Below, piece by piece: positions 29,436 to 37,466 of a DNA stretch of 64,000 bases. The stretch spans positions 1,382-65,381 of the forward strand of contig CALWTE010000026.1 of the NCBI GenBank assembly GCA_944384375.1, in the 5' to 3' direction. The first letter of the stretch is position 1. The number at the start of each line of letters is the position of its first letter. This DNA comes from an uncultured Clostridia bacterium (GTDB lineage: Bacteria; Bacillota; Clostridia; Christensenellales; UBA1242). Under the pieces are notes generated by a model. The model searched no databases. It had not been told where the DNA came from and worked only from the letters and a program-made list of their open reading frames with translations. The translations under genes and the position numbers were made by a program.

Positions 29436-31451
29436 ATGAAAATTTTAAAAGTTTTAAGTATATGCCTAATGTGCTTGACGATGACTTTTACTTTCGCTGG
29501 TTGCTCTCTGCCGTGGGGAAGTAGTGATACTGGTAGTGGGGGCGGTAGCGGGTCAGGTTCTGGCAATGGAGGCGGGCATAATATCCAGACAGGAGACACA
29601 ACTTATCCTTCACCACCCGATGTTAATTCTGCGGAAATAGAAAGAGAGATGGCGCAGTCTTATGCGTCAATAACTCAAGGGGTAAGAGCTACTTATTTAC
29701 CCGATGTTGATGAAGTTTCAAGTGATGCAGTACTACAGGCAGATAGAGAAAAATATTTAGAAAATGCCGCATATCAATATGAAATTGTGGCTACTTACAT
29801 ATTACATTCATTACAAGGCGAATATGGCGAAGGTGTTAGTTCGTCTTCTCTCAATTATGAATTTTACGCCGATACAAGTTTGTTGCCTGCTAGCGATTTA
29901 AGTGAAATAGATATTAGTTTACCCGCAATTACACCTAGCACAGGGGTTAGTTTCCGTTTTGAAACGAACGCAGGTGCTATTGATGCCCCCGTTAATGGCG
30001 TGCAATATTTAGGGCGGACTCCCGCCGAAGTGCGTGATAGTAGCCTAGCATGGCAAATGAATGGCGCTACAGGTTTCGTAGAAAGGTATAAGCAATTAGT
30101 GCAGGCAAATCTAATGGAAATTGCACTAGGTCAAGAAATTTCTTCATCTACTTCAACGGAACAAATAGAAGAGTATGCAAAGGAAATTGAAAAATTAGGT
30201 ATTCCGCAAACTCAAGAATTTAGAGACGCGGTTTATGACTATATAGCAAATTATATTATAGGCGCAGATTTAATGGCTAGAGAAAACGAGACTTTATCGT
30301 GGGTAGAACCTTATTATTCATGGGTGGAAACTATAGAACACGAAGAAACTAACGAAGACGGTAGTACAACTACATGGACAGAATATATATATCACTGTGT
30401 CCACTTTAATATGGCAACGGGTGCACAACCTGATTTGTTGCACCAAAACCACACGGATACTATTTTTACTTCTTCTACCGCTTATAAATTCGGTTATGCA
30501 GATACTATAAACAAAATTTTAGATGAAATTTTAGGTACATTTTCCAGCGACGGAACGCAAGTTTCTACTGGTTTTACGGCAGATTTTCCTACTTACACCC
30601 GTGTAGAAATTACTGACGTAGATGCGTATCGTTACTTTACTTCTTATAATGAAGAATTAGGCGAAGACGAGCGTCAAGTAATTACATCTATGGACTACCG
30701 CGAGTATAATTCACTTGTTATTTATCCAAAAGGGATTCTTGAATATGACGAAGAAGGGAACGAAGTTGTAAACTTAGAGCAACTATTGTGGCAGTTTGAT
30801 ATGTTGACAATTAGTATTGATAGCGTGCAAGATATTACATTAGATATATATATGCGGCTTCATATAGGCGGGGAAGATACAATAGTTCACCTAACTAGAA
30901 TGAATACAGATAGTACACTTAGTTATGATTACGAGAGCGAAACAGAAAATATAGATGATTATTTGTTAATTACCGAAGATGGTATAGGTTACAAACCGGA
31001 ATTTTACTTTTTGCCCGACAAGACAAACACTCGAGCAATGTATTTACCAGATTATTTGCCGATAAATTCTACTGAAATTGTTACTGGCGGTGTAACTAAT
31101 ACGACAAATAGGACATTCTATCAAGATAAGAGAACGGGTAGTCCAGAAGACGAAGGGTATTACGAAACCGAATTAGAAAATGTATATAAAAATACATTTG
31201 TAGGTAAACTAGGTAGTAGTGTGACTTTTGAAAATTCTAAAAATTTCAATCAAACTTTTACAACTACAAATTATTATGGAGAAACCGTTGATTTGAGTGA
31301 TAAATACCTTTGTCAAGACGAATGCGATTTTGTGGAATTTATTTTTGACGTGGTTGAAGATTCTTCAAATCCCGCAGATTATGATTATTCTTTTAAGTTT
31401 ATGATTAAATCTCTTTTTTGGGACGTTTCAACATTAAATGAAGAAGAATAG
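29436..31451 (+). CDS. Lipoprotein of unknown function (671 aa), T4SS-locus component
   Basis: Signal peptide with lipobox TFAG|C (MKILKVLSICLMCLTMTFTFAGC). Gly/Ser linker GSSDTGSGGGSGSGSGNGGG. A ~620-aa acidic Y/E/T-rich ectodomain follows, without a catalytic motif I can recognise. TAG stop. Confidence 0.8.
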   Translation: MKILKVLSICLMCLTMTFTFAGCSLPWGSSDTGSGGGSGSGSGNGGGHNIQTGDTTYPSPPDVNSAEIEREMAQSYASITQGVRATYLPDVDEVSSDAVLQADREKYLENAAYQYEIVATYILHSLQGEYGEGVSSSSLNYEFYADTSLLPASDLSEIDISLPAITPSTGVSFRFETNAGAIDAPVNGVQYLGRTPAEVRDSSLAWQMNGATGFVERYKQLVQANLMEIALGQEISSSTSTEQIEEYAKEIEKLGIPQTQEFRDAVYDYIANYIIGADLMARENETLSWVEPYYSWVETIEHEETNEDGSTTTWTEYIYHCVHFNMATGAQPDLLHQNHTDTIFTSSTAYKFGYADTINKILDEILGTFSSDGTQVSTGFTADFPTYTRVEITDVDAYRYFTSYNEELGEDERQVITSMDYREYNSLVIYPKGILEYDEEGNEVVNLEQLLWQFDMLTISIDSVQDITLDIYMRLHIGGEDTIVHLTRMNTDSTLSYDYESETENIDDYLLITEDGIGYKPEFYFLPDKTNTRAMYLPDYLPINSTEIVTGGVTNTTNRTFYQDKRTGSPEDEGYYETELENVYKNTFVGKLGSSVTFENSKNFNQTFTTTNYYGETVDLSDKYLCQDECDFVEFIFDVVEDSSNPADYDYSFKFMIKSLFWDVSTLNEEE

Positions 31452-31573
31452 TTTAATTTATCACAAATTTAATGATTTTTTTACATTTGTCGCTTGCCTT
31501 TATTGACTTCATTTGCTATAATTAGACAAATTAAGCGATAAATGTTTAATTAAAATAGGAGGTGAACTGGACT

Positions 31574-32716
31574 GTGAATTCACAATTAGCAGGGTTATTA
31601 GATGGCTTGTTTGATTGGCTTTCTGATGCGTTTACGACTTACATAATTGACCCTATTGTAACATTTGTAACATACTTATTTGGTGCATTGTTTTACGGTT
31701 TGCAATTAGGTATGTTCTATGTTATAGACGCTGTCCAAATGGTGGTTAGAAAAGTTGCGGGTTTGCCAGCATACAATTTAAATGGTGAGCGCACTTTCAA
31801 TTATATAGATGCTGATGGAGTAGAGCAGACGGGAGATTTGGCTCTTTACTTCTTTTCTCACCCTACTACACAAGCAGTGTTTATCTCTATTTTAGTCGCT
31901 GCTGTAATCTTACTATTTATAGCTACATTTATTGCTGTATTAAAGACTGAATTTGATACTAAAAATAGCAATGCAAAGGGTCCTATTATAGGTAGTGCAT
32001 TAAAATCAATTTTCTACTTTGCACTAGTACCTGTTGTGAGTTACTTAGGTGTTATTGTTGCAAATATTGTCTTACAGACTCTAGATTCGGCGACCAGCCG
32101 TGGTGCCTCGTCGTTTAGTTCGCAAATATTTACTGCCGCAGCGTATAATTCAAATCGAGCCCGAGATGACCCCGAATTTGCACGGGAGGTCTATGAGAGT
32201 GGGCTAATTCCAGGCGTCGCCAATATTACGTGGGATGGAGAAGGGGGACAGGCTCAGGCTCAAATTGCTGATTTAATAGATACGGCATTTCGGTCAAACT
32301 TGTATGCCGTAGGTGCTGATGCTAACACTTCAGTTACTGTCAATACGGTAGGCTCTATAGGCTTGGGGACGCGAGATTATTCCTTCCAAACTTTTGATGT
32401 GCGAGATTATGCTCTAGTATTTGAATATTATAATACACTGAAGTATAACTATTTAATTGGTTACGTCGCGGGTATAACAATACTATTCTTGCTCTTGCAA
32501 CTGTTAATAGGTGTTATACGGCGAGTCTTTGAATTAGCAATACTGTTTGTAGTATCTCCTGCAGTTGTGGCGCTGATGCCGCTAGATGGTGGAGAGAAAT
32601 TCAAAACTTGGAAAGATGCATTTATAAAACGAGTCTTTTCGGCATACGGGCCTATAATTGGTCTAAACCTAGTCTTTATGATACTAGAAGTTCTACAGAC
32701 CGTACGGCTGTTCTAA
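31574..32716 (+). CDS. Polytopic membrane protein, VirB6/TrbL/PrgH/TcpH-like candidate
   Basis: Likely GTG start at 31574, 11 nt after AGGAGG (31557-31562); the ORF-track start at 31562 overlaps that RBS. About six TM helices (e.g. AVFISILVAAVILLFIATFIAVL, IFYFALVPVVSYLGVIVANIVL, LIGYVAGITILFLLLQLLIGVI). Gene order is pilin-lipoprotein-this-VirB4. Assignment rests on topology and context only. Confidence 0.5.
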   Translation: MNSQLAGLLDGLFDWLSDAFTTYIIDPIVTFVTYLFGALFYGLQLGMFYVIDAVQMVVRKVAGLPAYNLNGERTFNYIDADGVEQTGDLALYFFSHPTTQAVFISILVAAVILLFIATFIAVLKTEFDTKNSNAKGPIIGSALKSIFYFALVPVVSYLGVIVANIVLQTLDSATSRGASSFSSQIFTAAAYNSNRARDDPEFAREVYESGLIPGVANITWDGEGGQAQAQIADLIDTAFRSNLYAVGADANTSVTVNTVGSIGLGTRDYSFQTFDVRDYALVFEYYNTLKYNYLIGYVAGITILFLLLQLLIGVIRRVFELAILFVVSPAVVALMPLDGGEKFKTWKDAFIKRVFSAYGPIIGLNLVFMILEVLQTVRLF

Positions 32717-32738
32717 TTTCAAATGTGAATGTTTGCAA

Positions 32739-32917
32739 AATTGAAAATTGAAAAGAATATGTACATAAATATAAAAAGATTTAATAAGCGATGAAGATTT
32801 TTAATTTGCTTGCGTTCTTATAGTTATAGAAAATTTATTGTTCACAAAAAAATAAGAATTATTTACAGTAAAAGCGATTTAGCCAAATCAAAAGCGGACT
32901 AAATTCAATTTTCAATT
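32739..32917. repeat. 14-bp perfect inverted repeat pair bracketing ~150 bp of the spacer between the two VirB6-region ORFs
   Basis: aattgaaaattgaa (32739-32752) and its exact reverse complement ttcaattttcaatt (32904-32917). Confidence 0.7.
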
Positions 32918-32936
32918 CGCTTGCGTACCGCAAGCG
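32918..32936 (+). other. GC-rich 8-bp hairpin just upstream of the RBS of the next ORF
   Basis: cgcttgcg-tac-cgcaagcg, unusually GC-rich for this AT-rich spacer, followed directly by AGGGGG and the ATG at 32949. Confidence 0.6.
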
Positions 32937-32948
32937 CAGGGGGTGCCT

Positions 32949-34301
32949 ATGTTTGAAGGTTTATATAATTCAATAATGCAGTTAATCTTTATAGTGACGG
33001 CATTAGTTTCTGTTAAAAGTTTAACAGATATGATAACGCAACTTGTCGGACAGGGTGACGCCCTAAAAGACGGTAAAGAAACAGGCCAAGAAGTATTGAA
33101 ACGTGTTGGCCAAACTGCTGCAATCGGTGCAGTAGGTGCTGGTGCTGCTTTAAAAATAGGTCAGGCTGGCCTTGGCGTTGCCAGAAGTGTTGGTGGTACT
33201 ATAGCACGTTCTGACACTGTAGGGGCAATAAAACAAGGTGTTGGCAGTAGTATTCATTCGCTAAGAAATAAAGCATCAGAGTGGTACACGGGTACCGAAT
33301 TCGGACATAATCGTCAAGAAAAGAAAGCTACTGAAGGTTTTGCTGCAATGTTTGGTGACCCTGATGCGCAAGTTAATAGGAGCCGTTGGGAGAATTTTAA
33401 GGGAAATCATCAAAAATTGACAAACGCAGGGAATAAATTTTCTAGAGGTGCTCATTGGGTTGCTGACCCATTAGTTTCTGGAGTTTCAGAAACATTTAAA
33501 GGTGCAGCTGATGAAGCACGAGGTATAGGTAAATGGGCCTCTGGAGGACTAAAAAATATTAAAGCGGATTTAGCAAATAACCCTGAGTTGCAGGGCTTTG
33601 GCGGTGTTGACGGTTCTATAAAACAAGCAAAAGACTCTATTCAAAATCTTTTTGGTGGTGTAGTAAAAACTACTGGTGTGCATAAGCAAATTGAAGATTT
33701 AGTTGGTGCTGATGCTATGCCTTTTGAGAAAGGAGCTAGTAAGTATTATCGTGCGATTACAGGGGAGAAAGTAGGCTCTGAAAAGAAAGCAGACGAGAAA
33801 AAGAAAGCAGCAGAAGCTCAAGTAGCACAAGCTGATGCAGTTCAAAAAGCAATGCAGAATGACTTATCGCAAATGACAGATGCTATAGTAAAAGCAATTA
33901 AAAATATTAATATGCAAGGTGCTACTGTAACTTTTTCTGATGTCGCAATAGATGAAAAAGGCAATCCTGTGTTCCCAGGAACTGGTGAGGTAGGTGCGGC
34001 GAAAACTTCTGCTGTTACTGAAAATAAAGAAGGGAAAACAGAAGTACAAGGTAAAGTTGATATCAATTCAGAACAAATTGTTAATGCCATCAATTCTCTT
34101 AAAGAAAGTATTAATACAACAGATGCTAATATTGGTGCTAGATTAACAGCTCTTGCTGCTGGTATGGCTATAATAGGTAATAAGATTGAGACCGGTACTA
34201 GGGAGATAACGGGAGCGGTAGATAAAACTGAAAAAGCTACCAAAGATGTAGGCGATAAATTAAAAGGTAAACAAACTACTTTAGACGACTTCACTAAATA
34301 A
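32949..34301 (+). CDS. Membrane-anchored G/A/K-rich protein (450 aa), possible C-terminal partner of the VirB6-like protein
   Basis: ATG at 32949 lies 5 nt after AGGGGG (the ORF-track GTG at 32943 overlaps the RBS). One N-terminal TM helix (IMQLIFIVTALVSVKSL). Low-complexity G/A/K-rich and coiled-coil-like sequence follows (KKADEKKKAAEAQVAQADAVQKAMQ). No enzymatic motif. TAA stop. Confidence 0.7.
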   Translation: MFEGLYNSIMQLIFIVTALVSVKSLTDMITQLVGQGDALKDGKETGQEVLKRVGQTAAIGAVGAGAALKIGQAGLGVARSVGGTIARSDTVGAIKQGVGSSIHSLRNKASEWYTGTEFGHNRQEKKATEGFAAMFGDPDAQVNRSRWENFKGNHQKLTNAGNKFSRGAHWVADPLVSGVSETFKGAADEARGIGKWASGGLKNIKADLANNPELQGFGGVDGSIKQAKDSIQNLFGGVVKTTGVHKQIEDLVGADAMPFEKGASKYYRAITGEKVGSEKKADEKKKAAEAQVAQADAVQKAMQNDLSQMTDAIVKAIKNINMQGATVTFSDVAIDEKGNPVFPGTGEVGAAKTSAVTENKEGKTEVQGKVDINSEQIVNAINSLKESINTTDANIGARLTALAAGMAIIGNKIETGTREITGAVDKTEKATKDVGDKLKGKQTTLDDFTK

Positions 34302-34311
34302 TTTTAAAATT

Positions 34312-34335
34312 CAGTCCTTATTAGGGCTGTTTTTT
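34312..34335 (+). terminator. Rho-independent terminator ending the pilin-to-450-aa operon
   Basis: cagtcc-ttatta-gggctg (6 bp, one G-U) followed by T6. Confidence 0.5.
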
Positions 34336-34515
34336 GCTAATAATTATAAATTTTAGCAAATTTTTTAAAATTATTTTAATTTTATCTAGGTTTTAAGAAT
34401 TAAATGTTTATTTTGCTTAATAAATTTTTATACGTTTTATTATTTTGGCAAATCTTAAATCTATTTATTTTCTGTAATTTCTCTCTAATTTTAGTAAAAA
34501 TTAACTAAATTCGTT

Positions 34516-34543
34516 TTGATTTTGCGAGTATTTATATTATAAT
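34516..34543 (+). promoter_or_regulatory. Sigma-A-like promoter of the VirB4-like gene
   Basis: TTGATT (34516-34521), 16-nt spacer, TATAAT (34538-34543), 35 nt upstream of the ATG. Confidence 0.5.
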
Positions 34544-34578
34544 TATGCAAAGACTAATAAAAATAAGGGGTTAATTAA

Positions 34579-37302
34579 ATGAAGTATATTCCGCGTAGAA
34601 CAAAAGTAAAAATGGAATTCTACAAAGGTATTACCTTTGCTGACATTATTTACCTTGCCATTGCTATAGGTGTTTTGTTACTCTTAGTGCTGAGTACTGG
34701 TATTGATACTATGACAAAAGTTTATTTGGGTGTTGCATGGGTTGCTATTTGTGTGTCTTTCTTTATGCCTGTCGCTGACGGCAAACGAATGTACGCTACA
34801 CTAGGGATTTTATTCAAGTTCTTCGCCGTGCAGAAAAAATTTAGTAAAAAGCCTATGCGCAAGCACAAAGACATAAAGGAAATTATTCCTTACGTTGATA
34901 TTAAAAACAATATGATAGACTACAAAGATTATTATGCGGTAGTCCTAGAAGTTAGCCCTATTCAGTTTTGGTTATTAAACGAAGAAAAACGTGAATTAGT
35001 TGTCCAAACTTTTGCTAATGCATTGCGCTCTTTAACGGTTGGGCAGTCTGCTGCAATTGTTAAAACGGCTAAACCTATGCTTTTAAACGACTTTATCTAC
35101 AATGAAGACCGAAAGTACGACGAAGTAATGGAATTAGCAAACGAAAAAGTTATGTCTAGGGAAGAGATGGATGCTCGTAGCATAATTTTTGAATCGCGTA
35201 TGCAAGATTTACGTGATTTAAGAGATATGGGACAAACATTTTTGGACCACTATTATATTGTAGTGTTTGATAAGGACAGAGACGGTCTAGAGACTGCTGC
35301 GTCTAACATAAGTGTAACACTATCACGTGGTGTTGTGCCTATGCACGCTACACGTCTGAAAAACAAAGATTTGGTCGTTTTCTTAAAAACAAATTTTGGG
35401 CAAGAAATTGATGAAAATGATTTGTCTCTTATACCTATGGACGAATATGCTGAATGGACAATGCCTGACGAAGTCGTTTTTAAAACTAGCAAAACTATAA
35501 TTAATAATCATACATACCGCAACTTTGCTATTACTGATTTCCCTGTGGAAGTTCCGAACGCATGGGCTATCCCGTTTTTTAGCATGGCAAATACTAAGGT
35601 CGTTGTTAAATTTACTCCATTACAAAAAGAAAAAAGTGAACGCGTAATTGACCGTTCCATTGTAGAACTAGAAGCAAGAATGCGTTCTACATTTAAATCA
35701 AGTAAGCAAATTGACTTACAAACCCAACATGAAACTTTGCGCGATTTATTGAATGACTTGAAAGTTGGTAACGAAGACTTGTATGACGTGCATATTCACA
35801 TTATGTGTGAAGAAAATATGAAAAAAGATGTTCGTTCTATCCTAAAACAAAGCGGTTTCAAGTATTCTGAAATGTTTGGTAGGCAGTTTGATGCTTTTGT
35901 TAGTACTAACATTAGCCAGTTTGAAAATGTGGAAGAAGCCAGCCGAAACATTCAAACTACTTCCGTTGCCGCAATGTTCCCCTTTATTTCTAGCAATTTG
36001 CAGGATAAAAAAGGCTTTTACATAGGTAATAATGGCGCGCCTGTGTTCCTTGATTTCTTTGTGAATACGGACAAAGAAAACCCTCTGAGTAACGAGCGTG
36101 TAAATGCAAATATGATTGTAATAGGTAAGTCTGGTAGTGGTAAGTCCTATGCTACAAAGACGTTGCTATCTAACCTTGCTGCCGATAATACTCGTATATT
36201 TATTCTAGACCCCGAAAAAGAATATGATGTCTTGACACGAAATCTAAAAGGTAAGTATATTGACGTAGGTAGTTCGGTATATGGTATTTTAAATCCTTTC
36301 CATATTATGACCACATTGTCTGACGATGTAGAAGAAGAGGTGGAATTGACTGGTGAAGAAACGGAAGAAGAACTTGCCGAAATCAAGAAAAAACAAGAGA
36401 TGACAGCGAAAAAATCTTCCGATACCTATAACCAGCACTTGCAATTCTTAGAGGAATTCTTCCGTATCATTTTTGACGGTCTAGAAGGTGATGCATTTGA
36501 AATCCTAAACTCACTTGTAGTTGATATTTATAAGGCTAAAAACATTAACAACGAGACTGATTTATCTACATTAAAGCCAGAAGATTATCCTATTTTTGAT
36601 GATTTATATAATTTAATTGTTAAACGCAGTGAGACAGAAACTGATTCTTATATGCGACACAATTTGCAAATTTTGCAGGCATATGTGCAGAAGTTTGCTA
36701 CTGGTGGACGTAACGCAAAACTTTGGAATGGCCCTACAAGTATTGAAACGAATGAAAACTTTGTTTGTTTTAACTTCCAGTCTTTGATTAGTAACCGTAA
36801 TAGTACGGTTGCCAGTGCCCAAATGATGCTAGTTTTTAAATATTTGGATAATGAAATTTTGAAAAATAAAGACTTTAACCAAAAATTTAAAACACAACGT
36901 AAAATTATAATAGCGGTTGATGAAGCACACTTGTTTATTAACCCTAAATATCCAGTAGCGCTTGAATTTATGGCGCAAATGGCTAAACGTATCCGTAAAT
37001 ATATGGGTATGCAAATCATTATTACACAAAACATTAAAGACTTTATCGGTAGTGCAGATATTGAGAGACAGGCGAGTGCGGTAATTAACGCCAGCCAGTA
37101 CTCTATGATTTTCTCTCTTGCTCCAAATGACATCTCCGACCTTGTAAACTTATATAGAAACGCGGGAGAAATCAACAAAGGCGAGCAAGATACCATCGTT
37201 ACTGCAGAACGTGGTTGTTGTTTCTTTATCGCTAGCCCTTATTCTCGTACTACTTTCTATGTACGAGCAAATGACACAATCAAGAAAATTGCAGATATTT
37301 AA
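34579..37302 (+). CDS. VirB4-family T4SS ATPase with fused VirB3/PrgI-like N-terminal membrane segment (907 aa)
   Basis: Two N-terminal TM helices (ITFADIIYLAIAIGVLLLLVLS, VYLGVAWVAICVSFFMPV). Walker A MIVIGKSGSGKSYATKTLL. Walker B KIIIAVDEAHLFI. MQIIITQNIKDF block. Size and layout are typical of VirB4/TraE/PrgJ/TcpF-type ATPases. TAA stop. Confidence 0.85.
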   Translation: MKYIPRRTKVKMEFYKGITFADIIYLAIAIGVLLLLVLSTGIDTMTKVYLGVAWVAICVSFFMPVADGKRMYATLGILFKFFAVQKKFSKKPMRKHKDIKEIIPYVDIKNNMIDYKDYYAVVLEVSPIQFWLLNEEKRELVVQTFANALRSLTVGQSAAIVKTAKPMLLNDFIYNEDRKYDEVMELANEKVMSREEMDARSIIFESRMQDLRDLRDMGQTFLDHYYIVVFDKDRDGLETAASNISVTLSRGVVPMHATRLKNKDLVVFLKTNFGQEIDENDLSLIPMDEYAEWTMPDEVVFKTSKTIINNHTYRNFAITDFPVEVPNAWAIPFFSMANTKVVVKFTPLQKEKSERVIDRSIVELEARMRSTFKSSKQIDLQTQHETLRDLLNDLKVGNEDLYDVHIHIMCEENMKKDVRSILKQSGFKYSEMFGRQFDAFVSTNISQFENVEEASRNIQTTSVAAMFPFISSNLQDKKGFYIGNNGAPVFLDFFVNTDKENPLSNERVNANMIVIGKSGSGKSYATKTLLSNLAADNTRIFILDPEKEYDVLTRNLKGKYIDVGSSVYGILNPFHIMTTLSDDVEEEVELTGEETEEELAEIKKKQEMTAKKSSDTYNQHLQFLEEFFRIIFDGLEGDAFEILNSLVVDIYKAKNINNETDLSTLKPEDYPIFDDLYNLIVKRSETETDSYMRHNLQILQAYVQKFATGGRNAKLWNGPTSIETNENFVCFNFQSLISNRNSTVASAQMMLVFKYLDNEILKNKDFNQKFKTQRKIIIAVDEAHLFINPKYPVALEFMAQMAKRIRKYMGMQIIITQNIKDFIGSADIERQASAVINASQYSMIFSLAPNDISDLVNLYRNAGEINKGEQDTIVTAERGCCFFIASPYSRTTFYVRANDTIKKIADI

Positions 37303-37304
37303 GA

Positions 37305-37330
37305 AAAGCCCTTATCTATGGGGCTTTTTT
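37305..37330 (+). terminator. Rho-independent terminator of the VirB4-like gene
   Basis: aaagccc-ttatctatg-gggcttt followed by a T-run. Confidence 0.65.
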
Positions 37331-37401
37331 GCATTTTTTTAAACAACAAAAATTATAGTTTTTTATAAATGTAATCATTCAAACTTTTTTATAAAAGCAT
37401 A

Positions 37402-37430
37402 TTGCATTTTTTATGATTTCGTGATATAAT
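37402..37430 (+). promoter_or_regulatory. Sigma-A-like promoter (extended -10) of the 1373-aa gene
   Basis: TTGCAT (37402-37407), 17-nt spacer ending in TGa, TATAAT (37425-37430). Confidence 0.6.
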
Positions 37431-37466
37431 AATAAGAGAAAGAGATATTAGGGGGATAATATATCT

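Noticed and set aside
29402-29599. 65-aa minus-strand ORF overlapping the start of the lipoprotein gene
   Set aside because: It is the antisense frame of the Gly/Ser-linker region (a P/L-rich artefact). It has no RBS.
32729-32955. ATGTTTG heptamers flanking the inverted-repeat spacer as a target-site duplication
   Set aside because: They are asymmetrically placed relative to the inverted repeats (4 nt versus 32 nt). A 7-mer of this composition can recur by chance, and removing the interval does not regenerate a single ORF.
33842-34294. 150-aa minus-strand ORF antisense to the G/A/K-rich gene
   Set aside because: The GCN/AAR-rich sense codons give an open antisense frame by composition alone. 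There is no start context, and it is nested entirely within the sense CDS.
36648-37196. 182-aa minus-strand ORF (and 66-69-aa neighbours) inside the VirB4-like gene
   Set aside because: It is fully antisense to a CDS with clear Walker motifs. It has no RBS and its composition is hydrophobic and low-complexity, as is typical of antisense frames in AT-rich genes.
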